NCBI GenBank assembly: GCA_038496445.1
Contig: JALMLS010000271.1
Location: 62,001-126,000 of the forward strand
Direction: 5' to 3'
Source of the DNA: Trichosphaerium sp. ATCC 40318
Taxonomy: Eukaryota > Protista > Tubulinea
DNA: 64,000 nucleotides
Each line of letters starts with the position of its first letter. The first letter of the stretch is position 1. Positions 62,981 through 64,000 of this stretch are shown here, one piece after another. Made by a program: the position numbers and the translations under genes. A model generated the notes under the pieces. The model was not told the DNA's origin. It was given only the letters and a program-made list of their open reading frames with translations, and searched no databases.

Positions 62981-63790
62981 TAGTATACTACGTTAGTTGT
63001 TGACTAAAAGCTGCTTACGGCAAGTTGCGTTGAGTTAAGTCGCCAACAGCTTAGAAAGCTCGCGACCGTCATGTGATGTAATAGAACCAATGAAATACTT
63101 GTTTTTGCGACAGTGAAAGGGTTGAATTTAACGGCGATTGTTTTTTCCTTTGTCCTTCGCTTAGGAACAGAGTAGACTTTGTAGACGATGGGTAGCGCGC
63201 AAAAACTTCTCTAGACAAAGTTTGTATTACGTTGTTGCCAGGTTCAATGTGCTGGGTGTTCAAACGAGCATAGGAAAAAACGTGATGTGCCAATAATAGA
63301 CTAGCACTACAGTGCTGTACAATCACGTATAATGAAGTGTTCAGGCAGTTCTACTGGGAAATTAGTTGAACTCAGAGGCTGAGAAAAAATGATTCTACAG
63401 CAATACTCTGAGCAGATATTCATAAAATACACCTTTACTATGTGCTGCTACAAAAAGCTTGTGTAGCAAATCAGGAGGTACAAAACAAGTCGTTATGTCC
63501 ACACTTAAAACCGTTCACAATGGTATAGTAAACATTGGCTGGAGAGAGCAATAGAGAGTACGTCATAAATAAAACACAAACCATTCTTTGAAACAGTTGT
63601 CTTTTAAACCACAGCCACAACCAACGTAGATTTAAGTGCATTGCTGTTGGATGTGAGAAAAAAAATGGAAAAGTTTACCCAAGAGCTACAAGTACTACTA
63701 TTTTTCTCTTAATAATGTGTTAAGCGCTCTTGCAACACAAACAGAAAAACTATATCAATAACGAACAATAACCTATAAGAAACAATCGTT

Positions 63791-64000
63791 ATGGCTGAAC
63801 AAACAATAAATACTCAACGAAAGAGGTTTTACCTCACTACCGCTATTAATTACACCAACGGTGCCCCACACATGGGTATGCGCGTTTATTGCGTTTTTTC
63901 ATAACAAATTTCAACTCTATAGCCTTGTTTTCCCTTTAATAAACGCTAATTCATAGGCCATGCGTATGAAGCGATAATGACCGATATTATTGCGCGATAC
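63791..64000 (+). CDS. MetRS: Methionyl-tRNA synthetase, 5' part (runs off the window)
   Basis: RFYLTTAINYTNGAPHMG|HAYEAIMTDIIARY: HIGH-type motif split by a GT-AG intron. Confidence 0.92.

Overview
AT-rich, intron-dense eukaryotic genomic DNA, most likely a unicellular eukaryote. It uses the standard code, has short GT-AG introns (mostly 40-150 nt) and a few probable GC-AG introns. Single-copy genes (PEX11, a degenerate 2OG-Fe(II) oxygenase-fold gene, a Ras GTPase, an O-fucosyltransferase-like gene, a stand-alone MoeA/gephyrin E domain and the 5' end of MetRS) are interleaved with a fast-evolving accessory region. The dominant element is an unrecognised family of about 500-aa secreted proteins, with 8 near-complete copies and at least 4 fragments. 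Each has two internally duplicated, probably beta-propeller domains, a Pro-rich linker, hypervariable loops, a conserved C-terminal PAFVDRERCVRRLSQ tag, and signs of mosaic exchange between copies. Also present: a Cys-less pentameric ligand-gated ion channel whose exon is interrupted by a 580-bp tRNA-derived SINE with a 15-bp TSD; F-box/LRR and F-box/MORN-variant repeat genes; a decayed piggyBac; a 98-bp MITE; a decaying family of putative nuclear proteins; an antisense ORF nested in a MoeA intron; C-type lectin genes; a candidate structured ncRNA; and a roughly 10-fold excess of CACGTG. All gene models were spliced by eye and all family calls rest on remembered motifs; no database searches were run.
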